Source: Pirellulales bacterium
GTDB taxonomy: Bacteria; Planctomycetota; Planctomycetia; Pirellulales; PALSA-1355
NCBI GenBank assembly: GCA_963733035.1
Contig: CAVTBU010000007.1
Coordinates: 1-64,000 of the forward strand
Direction of reading: 5' to 3'
Length of the DNA stretch: 64,000 nucleotides
Numbering within the stretch: position 1 is the stretch's first letter; each line of letters opens with the position of its first letter. Positions 1 through 9,367 of this stretch are shown in pieces. The notes beneath the pieces are model-generated. The model made no database searches and was not told the origin of the DNA. It saw nothing but the letters and a program-made list of their open reading frames with translations. A program made the position numbers and the translations under genes.

Positions 1-959
1 ACGGTCAGTCCTTCGGGCACATTGGCTTCCAGCCAGGTGGCCAGCTTCGGCGCGGTGGTCTGGTACTTCTGAACCAGCACGTCCAGTTGCCGCTCGGCCT
101 CGCCGCGATCGGGCGCGTCCCACACGCCGCGCAGATCGCGAGCCACCTCGCGCCGCATCGGCAGTTTCGGCACGTAGTGCAGCGCGTTTTGCATCAGGTG
201 GAACTGGCAGCGTTGCCAAGGGACGCTGGGGAAGCAAGCCCGGCGTGCCTGGCCCAGCCCGGCGTGATCGTCGCTGGTGATCAGCCGCACGCCGTGCAGA
301 CCGCGGTCGATGAGCGAGGAGAGGAACGAACGCCAGTGCACCTCGGCCTCGGAGAGCGAGACGCTGACTCCCAGGATCGAACGCCGGCCATCGGGCGTGA
401 CACCGATCGCGATCAGCACCGCGCAATCGACGACGCTGCCGCCGTGGCGAACTTTTTCGTAACGGGCATCGAGGATCAGGTACGGCGTCGCGCCCAGCGG
501 CCGCTTGCGCCAAATCTCCAGCTCGGCATCGAGCTGCTCGGCCGCCCGGCTGACCTGCATGCTGGAGACCTCACAGCCGCACAAATCGCGGGTGATCTCG
601 GCCACCTTGCGGGTGGAGACGCCTTGCACGTACATCTCGGCCAGGGCCAGCTTCAAGGCCCGTTCGCTGCGTTCGCCGCGTTCGAGCGCCGACGGGTAGA
701 ACTCGACGCCACGGGTTTGGGGCACCTGCAAGTGTAACTTGCCGAGACGGCTGGTGATGGTCTTGGGCTTGAAGCCGTTGGCATAACCGAGTCGCGTTTC
801 GGTGCGTTCATAAGGGGAGGCGCCCAGCACCGCGGAGCGTTCGAGCTTCATCGCTTCGTTGAACAGGGTTTCGAGTGCCTGAGCCATGCCTTCGAATCCG
901 TGCTCGGCCAGGAGGTGGACAACTTCGTCACGGGCGTTAGATTGATCGTGGTGGGCCAT
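1..959 (-). CDS. IS256-family transposase (3' end runs off the window)
   Basis: Manual translation from ATG at 959: MAHHDQSNARDEVV...EMYVQGVSTRKV...YLILDARYEKVR...LITSDDHAGL...WQRCQFHLMQNAL. These are Mutator/IS256 DDE motifs. It is absent from the ORF track because there is no stop inside the window. Confidence 0.93.
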   Translation of the reverse strand, partial: MAHHDQSNARDEVVHLLAEHGFEGMAQALETLFNEAMKLERSAVLGASPYERTETRLGYANGFKPKTITSRLGKLHLQVPQTRGVEFYPSALERGERSERALKLALAEMYVQGVSTRKVAEITRDLCGCEVSSMQVSRAAEQLDAELEIWRKRPLGATPYLILDARYEKVRHGGSVVDCAVLIAIGVTPDGRRSILGVSVSLSEAEVHWRSFLSSLIDRGLHGVRLITSDDHAGLGQARRACFPSVPWQRCQFHLMQNALHYVPKLPMRREVARDLRGVWDAPDRGEAERQLDVLVQKYQTTAPKLATWLEANVPEGLT

Positions 960-1149
960 GGGGGCGAACTCCTTTCGTTTTGCGTAGAGAACAAAATCAA
1001 AAGGAAACCACCTTGGCCCACCCCTTTCAAGCTCGTCGCCGCGTGTGAGGCCTGGCTCCGCTTCGGCTCGCTGACGCTCGCCTTCGCTCCGCCAAGCCTC
1101 ACACGCGAATTCCTTGAGTGCTGTTTACAGAAGAAACGTTACACCAACC
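1..1149 (-). mobile_element. IS256-family insertion sequence, left part
   Basis: Transposase plus an IS256-like terminus (minus strand GGTTGGTGTAACGTTTCTTCTGTAAACAG) near 1121-1149, directly abutting a truncated host gene. The end is approximate. Confidence 0.7.
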
Positions 1150-1444
1150 GAAATTGTCGTCAATCAACGAACGAACACTAGAAGAAGTCGCCGCTGGCTC
1201 GTTTGTTTATTCAGCGGTGTTCCTGGTCGAAGGTGTTGGGCTGTGCCTCAGAAGGCGATGGGCTGAGTTCTTTACCATTGGCATAACCGGCTCGCTTTTG
1301 CCAGTCGAGTTCTACGAGTTATTTCACCACCTGAGGCTGGCAGGCGCTATCATCACGCTCGCGAACGTCGCCATCTTGTGGTATCTGATCGTTCAATTGA
1401 TCACGGGTAGCAACGGCCAAGCTAAAGTCGGGCCGGCGACCTAA
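1150..1444 (+). pseudogene. C-terminal part of a DUF2127-like membrane protein cut by IS256
   Basis: ...YSAVFLVEGVGLCLRRRWAEFFTIGITGSLLPVEFYEL... resembles DUF2127. No native start; it begins at the IS end. Confidence 0.7.
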
Positions 1445-1760
1445 ATCCTGACAATCTCAATCGTGTGCTGGAAAACGTTCAAGTGAAATCTCAAGCTGAA
1501 TTATCATTTCGCAGTTACGAAACAAGATCGCACGAAATATCTGCTGTCGTGCGGAATACGCACAGTCGTAAGCTTGACGACGTGCCGTTTGGACACAACG
1601 GCCAGGAACGGACATTACAACGCCGAAAGGAGCTAAAGAGCGGGCTTTACTCAAGGCATCTCGAAACTAACTAATGATGATACGAGGCCTTCATGCTGAT
1701 TGGTTTCGCTCGTGAAGCCCCGTAGCGTTTCAGCACTTTCGGACATGGAGGTAGACGGCC

Positions 1761-1961
1761 ATGCTTATCCTTTCGAGAAGACACGGGGAATCAATAGTCA
1801 TTGACGGACGCATCTTAGTGACGGTTACTGCGGTGGCGGGAAAGTCCGTGCGGCTCGGAATCCAAGCACCGCGAGAAATCCCTGTATACCGAAGCGAGAT
1901 CGACCAAAAGCTTCGAGATTCTGTTCCAGCTCTCCCTGTCCACCAAGGAGTGGCAGAATGA
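1761..1961 (+). CDS. csrA: Carbon storage regulator CsrA
   Basis: MLILSRRHGESIVIDGRILVTV...VRLGIQAPREIPVYRSEI; GGAGG RBS upstream. Confidence 0.93.
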   Translation: MLILSRRHGESIVIDGRILVTVTAVAGKSVRLGIQAPREIPVYRSEIDQKLRDSVPALPVHQGVAE

Positions 1962-2248
1962 TTGTCCGGGCGCCGAGCCAGGTTGATTGCCAGCCTGCTA
2001 TCTCTTGCGAAATTGCAGCAGCTGCCGAAGCTCGTCTTCGGGAAAGCCCGCACACGGCACTACGAGGCATTTCCTGCAAAGCCGAACAAGGCGTGCTGAT
2101 CCTTGAGGGTCGCTTGAAAACCTTCTATCACACGCAAATGGCACAAGAGATCGTCGGGGGAATTGAGGGCGTCGTGCAGGTGGTCAACCGAATCGAAGTC
2201 GTCAATTCGAACCAGAAATACTCGGACAACAAGGCTGCTTCAAGGTAG
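1958..2248 (+). CDS. BON-domain protein
   Basis: GVLILEGRLKTFYHTQMAQEIVGGIEGVVQVVNRIEV BON signature; ATGA overlap with csrA. Confidence 0.85.
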   Translation: MIVRAPSQVDCQPAISCEIAAAAEARLRESPHTALRGISCKAEQGVLILEGRLKTFYHTQMAQEIVGGIEGVVQVVNRIEVVNSNQKYSDNKAASR

Positions 2249-2874
2249 TCGGCTACCTTCGCTGCACATCACGGTGAAAACACATCACAAATCGTTGATG
2301 ATTCGGTTCATATGTCCACCCAAGGTCACGCTCTTTCCAGGATGGGGCAAGGCCGTGAATTGGACGTTGTTACGGCTGGTGGAGGTCAAGGAGGACGACT
2401 TTTAATTTGGAGCTACTGAATCAGCAGAGTACGCTGAAGCGCAGCCCAATAAGCGGAATCCAGACCAGATACCGATTGGCAAGTCGATCGCCAGGCCAAA
2501 GAGTGCAAACGTGGTCGGGCAGGCGCCACCTGTTGTCTATCGCATCAGCGCCGACGACATCATCGAGGATGTCAACGACGCCTGGGCTCGGTTTGCAATT
2601 GAGAATGATGCGCCAGCTTTGGCGACAGAGGTAATTGGCAGGTCGTTGTGGGACTATATCAACGGACTGGACGTAGTTCACATCTATCGACTTCTGCTCG
2701 CTCGTGTCAGAGCCAAGAAGATTAAGGTGGACCCCAACTGTTGGACAGTTTTGGGGCTTGGATAAGATGTAGGTCGCCGGGTCTGGCGGCCCGTGAGACC
2801 TCTCACGGGTCTCGCGCGGCCGCGACGGCTGACGACGGTTTGGGTTCCGTTTGATTCTCCTCTTTAACCCTGCC

Positions 2875-3675
2875 TCAACAGGGATTTGAGCGCCGAACGT
2901 TTCGCGCTGTTTTCTGCCCGTACAACTCGGCCGGCGTGCGGTAGCCGAGGGCCTGGTGGATTCGTCGCTGGCAGTAGAACTCGAAGTAGCGGGCCAGCGA
3001 TTGCTCCGCCTCCCAACCATCGGCGTAGTCCCGCAGGTACACCTCCTCGTACTTCACGCTCCGCCACAGCCGTTCGATGAACACGTTGTCGAGCGCCCGA
3101 CCGCGACCGTCCATCGAGATCGCCACGCCACACTTCTCCAATCGGCCCGTGAAGGCCGCCGCCGTGAACTGGCTTCCTTGATCGCTGTTGAAAATCTCCG
3201 GGCGCTTGGTGGCCAGTGCCTCGTCGAGTGCTTCCAGGCAAAATCTTCCTTCGAGCGTGTTCGACAACCGCCAGGCCAACACGTAGCGACTGAACCAGTC
3301 CATCACCGCCGTCAGATACAAAAAGCCGTGGCGCAACGGAATGTACGTGATGTCGCTGGCCCACACCTGGTCGGGCCGCGTAATCTCCAGATTCCGCAGC
3401 AAATACGGGTAAATCTTGTGTCCGGCGGCCGGGCGCGTGGTGCGTCGCTTGACGCCCACCGCCTCCAAACCCATCAACCGCATCAGTCGCTGAGCATGCT
3501 TGCGATTGATGCCAAGCTCGATCGCCATCTTGCGGCTGCCGTAAAACGGCGTTTGCAAATACTGCTCGTCGATCCGCTTCATCAGCGCCAGGTTCTCGGC
3601 CGTCTCGCCGCTCGGCACGTAATACCGGGTGCTGCGCGGCAGGCCGACCAGCTCGCACTGTCGGGCGATACTCAA
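2875..3675 (-). CDS. IS3 OrfB (DDE integrase core)
   Basis: WASDITYI, FNSDQGSQF and DNVFIERLWRSVKYE motifs. Confidence 0.95.
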   Translation of the reverse strand: MSIARQCELVGLPRSTRYYVPSGETAENLALMKRIDEQYLQTPFYGSRKMAIELGINRKHAQRLMRLMGLEAVGVKRRTTRPAAGHKIYPYLLRNLEITRPDQVWASDITYIPLRHGFLYLTAVMDWFSRYVLAWRLSNTLEGRFCLEALDEALATKRPEIFNSDQGSQFTAAAFTGRLEKCGVAISMDGRGRALDNVFIERLWRSVKYEEVYLRDYADGWEAEQSLARYFEFYCQRRIHQALGYRTPAELYGQKTARNVRRSNPC

Positions 3676-3712
3676 CGGGGCGTGATGGGTGTCGATGCAT
3701 CTTCGCTTGGCC

Positions 3713-4000
3713 TCAGGCGAGCTCGGCAGATTTTTTTTTCAACCACTCGACCTCCATCTTCAAGCGGCCGATCTGCTCGTAAAGTTCCTGCTCGCCCGCC
3801 GACTGCTCGTCGCGTCGCGCGCGGCCGTCCTCGAACAGTCCGGCCGCCTGCTCCAAGAGCTGCTTCTTCCAGGCCGTGATCTGGCTGGCATGCACACCAA
3901 ACTCGCTAGCCAACTGGGCCGTCGTTTTGTCGCCCCGGACCGCCGCCAACGCCACCTTGGCCTTGAACGCCGCTCCAAACACCCGCCGCTTCCGCGTCAT
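3713..4000 (-). CDS. IS3 OrfA (HTH); joined to OrfB by -1 frameshift
   Basis: MTRKRRVFGAAFKAKVALAA...LYEQIGRLKMEVEWLKKK; A9 slippery run at the end of orfA. Confidence 0.93.
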   Translation of the reverse strand: MTRKRRVFGAAFKAKVALAAVRGDKTTAQLASEFGVHASQITAWKKQLLEQAAGLFEDGRARRDEQSAGEQELYEQIGRLKMEVEWLKKKSAELA

Positions 4001-4654
4001 GCTGGCACACTCCTGATTCGGTCGTCTCCGCACCCGGAAACCACACCTTATCAGCGCGCCCAGTTTTTGGGGTCCACCTCAGATCTCAGCAACATTTCCG
4101 TTTCGTTGCGATTCGCCTGAGCGTTACCGACGAATGCGGCTGACTGTTGTTCCCCTTGAAAGAGATCAAATCGAATTCCGAGCCATCCTTGACTCGGTAG
4201 GATTTCACGCAGAGATAATGGACCTACTTCGCCCTGGCGTAAGAACTGAGCCGGCGATGTGTGTGCAAATGTGCGCATTGTGTAAGCGCATCGATATCGA
4301 TGGCAACTGGAAACCGCTGGAGGAAGCAATCAAGAAGAAGCGGCTCTTCCTCCGAGAACCGTTTCCACGACTCACACAAAGCATTTGTGATGCGTGCGAA
4401 GTCGAGTTAGCCAAGCTGGCCTGATGCTTTCCTTGTCATCGTGCTTCGAAGAGGCTGACAAGCAAATCAGGTCTGCACGCATGCCTTCGTCTGCCATACC
4501 CTTCCGCTCCCGATATCCATTGCCGTCAGCTTCCCGCCCTAAGCAGAGCCCGTGTCGAGGCAGATCAAATGCCCGAGGTCGAGTACATCAGTCTGCGGAG
4601 TGTGCCCAACGACGGCGATCTTTCCCGAGCAATGCGGCCGCGGCACCGAATCCC

Positions 4655-4819
4655 TCATCGATAGCCACCTAAGCGTTCGTCCATCCTGCCGATCCCTTTG
4701 TCCACGTAATCGCCGAGCGGGATGATCGTGTCGTCGGGTTGTGGATCAATTGCCTTGCGAATTGAGGCAAGAGCGTCCGAGCAGCCGTGAAGGTCGCCGA
4801 TTGCGATGGTGCGGGGCAT
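4655..4819 (-). pseudogene. Truncated metallophosphoesterase (PPP-type phosphatase N-terminus)
   Basis: Manual translation MPRTIAIGDLHGCSDAL...IIPLGDYVDKG then a stop after 54 aa; the GNHE motif is absent. Confidence 0.8.
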
Positions 4820-4837
4820 CATCTTCAATCATGGGGG

Positions 4838-5395
4838 CTAGTTCGTGATCTCTCTGACAATCCAACACGGGTTTCCAGCGCAGAATACATTTGCTGGCAG
4901 GTCTCTCGTGACCACACTTCCTGCCCCGATCACGGACCTTGAGCCGATTGTCACGCCGGGACAGATGATCGCTCCCCCGCCCACCCAGACATCGGACCCG
5001 ATCTCGACTGCCTTGCCAAATTCCTGCGTTCGGCGACGTTCAGCATTCATCGGGTGGGTGGCCGTGTAAATCTGCACCGCCGGACCGAATTGGCTGAAAT
5101 CGCCGATACGCACTTCGCATACGTCAAGAACGACGCAGTTGAAGTTGAAAAACACCCGCTCGCCTAGATGAATATTCGATCCGTAGTCGCAGCAGAAAGG
5201 TGGCTGCATCCAGACAGACTCGCCGCCACTCCCGAGGAGTTCAATCAGGATGTGGCGGCGAGTTTCTTGGTCATCCTCACGGGTGGCATTCAAATCCTGG
5301 CACAAGTTCCGTGTTCGGATTCTGGCTGCAATCAGTGCCGGGTCGAGGGGATCATAGAGTTCCCCGGCTAGCATCTTTTCTCTTTCGCTCGGCAC
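4838..5395 (-). CDS. maa: Sugar (maltose) O-acetyltransferase, hexapeptide-repeat family
   Basis: EREKMLAGELYDP, CDYGSNIHLG, IGSDVWVGGGAIICPGVTIG, GNPC. Confidence 0.9.
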   Translation of the reverse strand: MPSEREKMLAGELYDPLDPALIAARIRTRNLCQDLNATREDDQETRRHILIELLGSGGESVWMQPPFCCDYGSNIHLGERVFFNFNCVVLDVCEVRIGDFSQFGPAVQIYTATHPMNAERRRTQEFGKAVEIGSDVWVGGGAIICPGVTIGSRSVIGAGSVVTRDLPANVFCAGNPCWIVREITN

Positions 5396-5416
5396 GATTC
5401 CGGCCCTTCAATAGGT

Positions 5417-6495
5417 TCAGCGAGAAACGTCGCCTCGATGAACCCCTCGGCATAAGGCGAAGTCTACGCTTCCCGCCACGATGTGTTGCACCAGATTGTA
5501 GAAGATGATCGGCAGCATCACGCGTGGATGATCTGCCAGAGCCATCGACGCTAGAACGAGCCCAGTTCCGTTGTTGTTCATTCCGAGCCCGAAAACCAAC
5601 GCAGCCTTTTCGGAGCGATCAACCTTGAGTATCTGGGAAACCAGCCACCCGGACGCAAAAGCAACCACGCAAAGCGAAGTGCTTATCGTCAGCGTAACCA
5701 GCAAGAAGTCTAGATCAGGGCTCCGCACGGCTTGAGGAAGGGAAATGGATGCATTCGAGTAGTTCAACACAAGCAACACGATTGAGTTGATCAACTTCAA
5801 ATATGGCTTTGCAGTTGCCACTCGTCCTGATCCCAACGCCCCATGCAAAACGATTCCAAGGATCGATGGCAAAACGACGGCAATCAAAAGGAATGCTCCG
5901 CTGCCGGATTGGGCCAGCTCGTGCAAGTCGTCAGAGTAGTCGCCCGTTGTCATAAATCCGACTGAATGCAACCCGACCGGTGTGGTCAGCGGACTCACGG
6001 CAGTAGTCAACAGGATAAGTCCGAGGCTCAAAGCCATGCTGCCATTGGCGTTCTGGGACCACGCTGTGGACGAGCCGGCAATGGGCATCGAGGCGACCAG
6101 CGCCAATCCCATGAGAATGTTCTGCACCTCGTCAGGATTGTGCCAAAGCCGCATGGTCTGTGCCACAACAAAGATGAACGTGACGGGCACGACCAAATTG
6201 GCCAACCCACCGAGAAGCAGCGTGGTGGCACTATGCTTCAGGTTGCCCAGCTTGGTCAGGTCGATTCCCAGTCCAGCGTTCAATAACAACAAAGCAAACT
6301 CATCGGCAAGGACACTTTGGTGCCGACAACGGGCACCGTACCGAAAGCGACATCCTTGATCCAAATGCCGATGCTTGGGGCGAGCGCCGCCAAGCCATAT
6401 GACCCGAGCAGAAACCACAGCAGATTCCTGTGCACAAAGTCCGAAAGTTGCGCAATTGCCGCTGGATCACGGCCTCCGTGCGCTTGCTGCTTCAT
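5417..6495 (-). CDS. Bile acid:sodium symporter (BASS) family transporter, frameshift near 6290
   Basis: N-terminus in ORF 6280..6537 (MKQQAHG...LLWFLLGSYGLAALAP), body in 5417..6418 (MPIAGSSTAW, GMNNNGTGLVLA); many hydrophobic TM segments. Confidence 0.8.
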
Positions 6496-6585
6496 CTGTG
6501 AGGCTCCGTATAATGCAATCGGGAATGCGCCAAGCATTCACAATGAATGGTGAGAATCCCACTGAATACTAGGCAACGAGTCCGC

Positions 6586-6603
6586 TTTTCATGTTGTTTT
6601 CAT
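6586..6603 (+). promoter_or_regulatory. Putative OmpR/PhoB-family binding box
   Basis: TTTTCAT-gttg-TTTTCAT direct repeat with 11-bp period, upstream of the PepSY-RR-HK operon. Confidence 0.5.
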
Positions 6604-6691
6604 CTTCGATCGCTAGACTTCTTCTCAGTCATGAATAACGTCGTTCCGGTTGCCGGCACGATCCGAAAGTGAAAGCAGAAAAGGAGAAAGC

Positions 6692-7249
6692 ATGATCCTC
6701 AGGAATTTAGGTGGACTGATCTTGGTCGGCGTGTTGAGCTGCATCGCTTGGAATGCCAATGGAGCGGAGGAAAAGGAGGTCGAACTGAAACTGGCCGACT
6801 GCCCAGCAGCCGTCCAAAAGACTCTCACGCGTGAGGCTCACGGTGCAAAGATCAAAGAGGTCGAAAAGGAAACTGAAGACGGCGAAACCGTCTACGAGGC
6901 AGAGGTAAAGATCGACGGGAAGGAATACGAAATCGAGGTCGCTCAAGATGGGACGCTGCTAGAGAAGGTGCTTGACGAGGATGAAGACGACGAGGATGAA
7001 GATGAAGAAGAGGAAGAGGTCAAGCTCTCGGACTGTCCAGCAGCCGTCCAAAAGACTCTCAAGCGTGAGGCTCACGGTGCCAAAATAAAAGAGGTCGAAA
7101 AGGAAACCGAGGATGGCAAGGCCATCTACGAGGCAGAAGTCAAGATCGACGGAAAGGAATACGAAATCGAGGTGGCCCAGGACGGGACGCTGATTTGCAA
7201 GTCGCTCGACGAAGACGATGACGAGGAGGAGGAAGAAGACGACGAGTAG
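6692..7249 (+). CDS. Secreted tandem PepSY-like/BLIP-like domain protein, highly acidic
   Basis: AAGGAG RBS, signal peptide, two near-identical domains (DCPAAVQKTL.REAHGAKIKEVEKETEDG...YEIEVAQDGTL), each followed by a D/E tract. Confidence 0.85.
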   Translation: MILRNLGGLILVGVLSCIAWNANGAEEKEVELKLADCPAAVQKTLTREAHGAKIKEVEKETEDGETVYEAEVKIDGKEYEIEVAQDGTLLEKVLDEDEDDEDEDEEEEEVKLSDCPAAVQKTLKREAHGAKIKEVEKETEDGKAIYEAEVKIDGKEYEIEVAQDGTLICKSLDEDDDEEEEEDDE

Positions 7250-7844
7250 ACACATCGGCGCTTTTCCATTGCGGTTACAATGCCGGGATCAGAGAAACAT
7301 CTGGTCCCGGCTTTTTATTGCAGGCCAGCGATGCGAATCCTGTTGATTGAAGACTTTGAACTGTTGCGAAACTCCATCGCACAGGGTCTGCGTGAGGCGA
7401 GCTTTGCTGTCGATTTAGCGGCCGAAGGGGAGGCAGGGCTTTGGTATGCCAAGACAAACGACTACGATGTGATCATCCTCGACCTCATGCTCCCCCGAAT
7501 TGACGGATTGAGTATCCTCAGGAGTCTTCGTCAGGAAGGGAAATTGACTCACATTCTGATCTTGACGGCCAAAGATACATCCCAGGACCGGATTACGGGG
7601 CTGGATTCGGGAGCTGATGATTATCTGGTCAAGCCATTCGTCTTTGCAGAACTATTGGCCCGAGTGCGGGCGTTGATCCGTCGCAAATACGATGTCAAGT
7701 CGCCGGTAATCCGCATTGCGGACCTCGAAATCGACACGACCACTCGCTCGGCACGTCGAGATGTGAGGTGGACCCCAAAAACTGGGCGCGCTGATAAGGT
7801 GTGGTTTCCGGGTGCGGAGACGACCGAATCAGGAGTGTGCCAGC

Positions 7845-8132
7845 ATGACGCGGAAGCGGCGGGTGTTTGGAGCGGCGTTCAAGGCCAAGGTGGCGTTGGC
7901 GGCGGTCCGGGGCGACAAAACGACGGCCCAGTTGGCTAGCGAGTTTGGTGTGCATGCCAGCCAGATCACGGCCTGGAAGAAGCAGCTCTTGGAGCAGGCG
8001 GCCGGACTGTTCGAGGACGGCCGTGCGCGACGCGACGAGCAGTCGGCGGGCGAGCAGGAACTTTACGAGCAGATCGGCCGCTTGAAGATGGAGGTCGAGT
8101 GGTTGAAAAAAAAATCTGCCGAGCTCGCCTGA
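7845..8132 (+). CDS. IS3 OrfA
   Basis: Same protein as copy 1; A9 run at 8106-8114. Confidence 0.93.
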   Translation: MTRKRRVFGAAFKAKVALAAVRGDKTTAQLASEFGVHASQITAWKKQLLEQAAGLFEDGRARRDEQSAGEQELYEQIGRLKMEVEWLKKKSAELA

Positions 8133-8169
8133 GGCCAAGCGAAGATGCATCGACACCCATCACGCCCCG

Positions 8170-8982
8170 TTGAGTATCGCCCGACAGTGCGAGCTGGTCG
8201 GCCTGCCGCGCAGCACCCGGTATTACGTGCCGAGCGGCGAGACGGCCGAGAACCTGGCGCTGATGAAGCGGATCGACGAGCAGTATTTGCAAACGCCGTT
8301 TTACGGCAGCCGCAAGATGGCGATCGAGCTTGGCATCAATCGCAAGCATGCTCAGCGACTGATGCGGTTGATGGGTTTGGAGGCGGTGGGCGTCAAGCGA
8401 CGCACCACGCGCCCGGCCGCCGGACACAAGATTTACCCGTATTTGCTGCGGAATCTGGAGATTACGCGGCCCGACCAGGTGTGGGCCAGCGACATCACGT
8501 ACATTCCGTTGCGCCACGGCTTTTTGTATCTGACGGCGGTGATGGACTGGTTCAGTCGCTACGTGTTGGCCTGGCGGTTGTCGAACACGCTCGAAGGAAG
8601 ATTTTGCCTGGAAGCACTCGACGAGGCACTGGCCACCAAGTGCCCGGAGATTTTCAACAGCGATCAAGGAAGCCAGTTCACGGCGGCGGCCTTCACGGGC
8701 CGATTGGAGAAGTGTGGCGTGGCGATCTCGATGGACGGTCGCGGTCGGGCGCTCGACAACGTGTTCATCGAACGGCTGTGGCGGAGCGTGAAGTACGAGG
8801 AGGTGTACCTGCGGGACTACGCCGATGGTTGGGAGGCGGAGCAATCGCTGGCCCGCTACTTCGAGTTCTACTGCCAGCGACGAATCCACCAGGCCCTCGG
8901 CTACCGCACGCCGGCCGAGTTGTACGGGCAGAAAACAGCGCGAAACGTTCGTGCGCTCAAATCCCTGTTGAGGCAGGGTTAA
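8170..8982 (+). CDS. IS3 OrfB (DDE)
   Basis: Same motifs as copy 1; C-terminus differs because of a 1-bp indel near 8952. Confidence 0.95.
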   Translation: MSIARQCELVGLPRSTRYYVPSGETAENLALMKRIDEQYLQTPFYGSRKMAIELGINRKHAQRLMRLMGLEAVGVKRRTTRPAAGHKIYPYLLRNLEITRPDQVWASDITYIPLRHGFLYLTAVMDWFSRYVLAWRLSNTLEGRFCLEALDEALATKCPEIFNSDQGSQFTAAAFTGRLEKCGVAISMDGRGRALDNVFIERLWRSVKYEEVYLRDYADGWEAEQSLARYFEFYCQRRIHQALGYRTPAELYGQKTARNVRALKSLLRQG

Positions 8983-9367
8983 AGAGGAGAATCAAACGGA
9001 ACCCAAACCGTCGTCAGCCGTCGCGGCCGCGCGAGACCCGTGAGAGGTCTCACGGGCCGCCAGACCCGGCGACCTACATCTTATCCAAGCCCCAAAACTG
9101 TCCAACAGTTGGGGTCCACCTTAATGGCCAAGACATCGAATTAAGTGCACGAGAGTTTTCTCTGCTCGAACTGCTGGCTTCCAAAACAGGTCAAATCGTA
9201 TCTCGCACAGAGATTTGGGAGCACGTGTATGAGTTTGATGCTTCCGCCGAAAGCAACGTGATCGATGTGTTCATACGCCGACTACGGCGCAAGATTGAAC
9301 AACCTCACCTACCTCGGATCATCCACACACGCCGTGGTCACGGGTACCTCCTGGGAGAGAGTGAGTG

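Larger units (their letters stand above)
2723..4081 (-). mobile_element. IS3-family insertion sequence, copy 1 (1359 bp)
   Basis: Terminal IRs TGAGGTGGACCCC / GGGGTCCACCTTA; 3-bp target duplication GAT (2720-2722, 4082-4084); orfA/orfB organisation. Confidence 0.96.
2511..4424 (+). pseudogene. PAS-like protein with C-terminal CxxC...CxxC, interrupted by IS3 copy 1
   Basis: Removing 2723-4081 and one GAT duplicate restores one frame: ...RVRAKKI/SATFPFRCDSPERYRRMRLTV...MCALCKRI...SICDACE. Confidence 0.85.
7764..9123 (+). mobile_element. IS3-family insertion sequence, copy 2 (1360 bp)
   Basis: Same IRs as copy 1; target duplication ATG (7761-7763, 9124-9126); near-identical to copy 1 and inverted relative to it. 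Confidence 0.96.

Noticed and set aside
87..737. 216-aa plus-strand ORF and many similar long ORFs (e.g. 2956-3879, 40378-41520, 49384-50682)
   Set aside because: Antisense shadows of recognisable genes in high-GC DNA.
2723..9123. Composite transposon that arrived as a unit
   Set aside because: Each IS has its own target duplication and interrupts a gene that rejoins locally.
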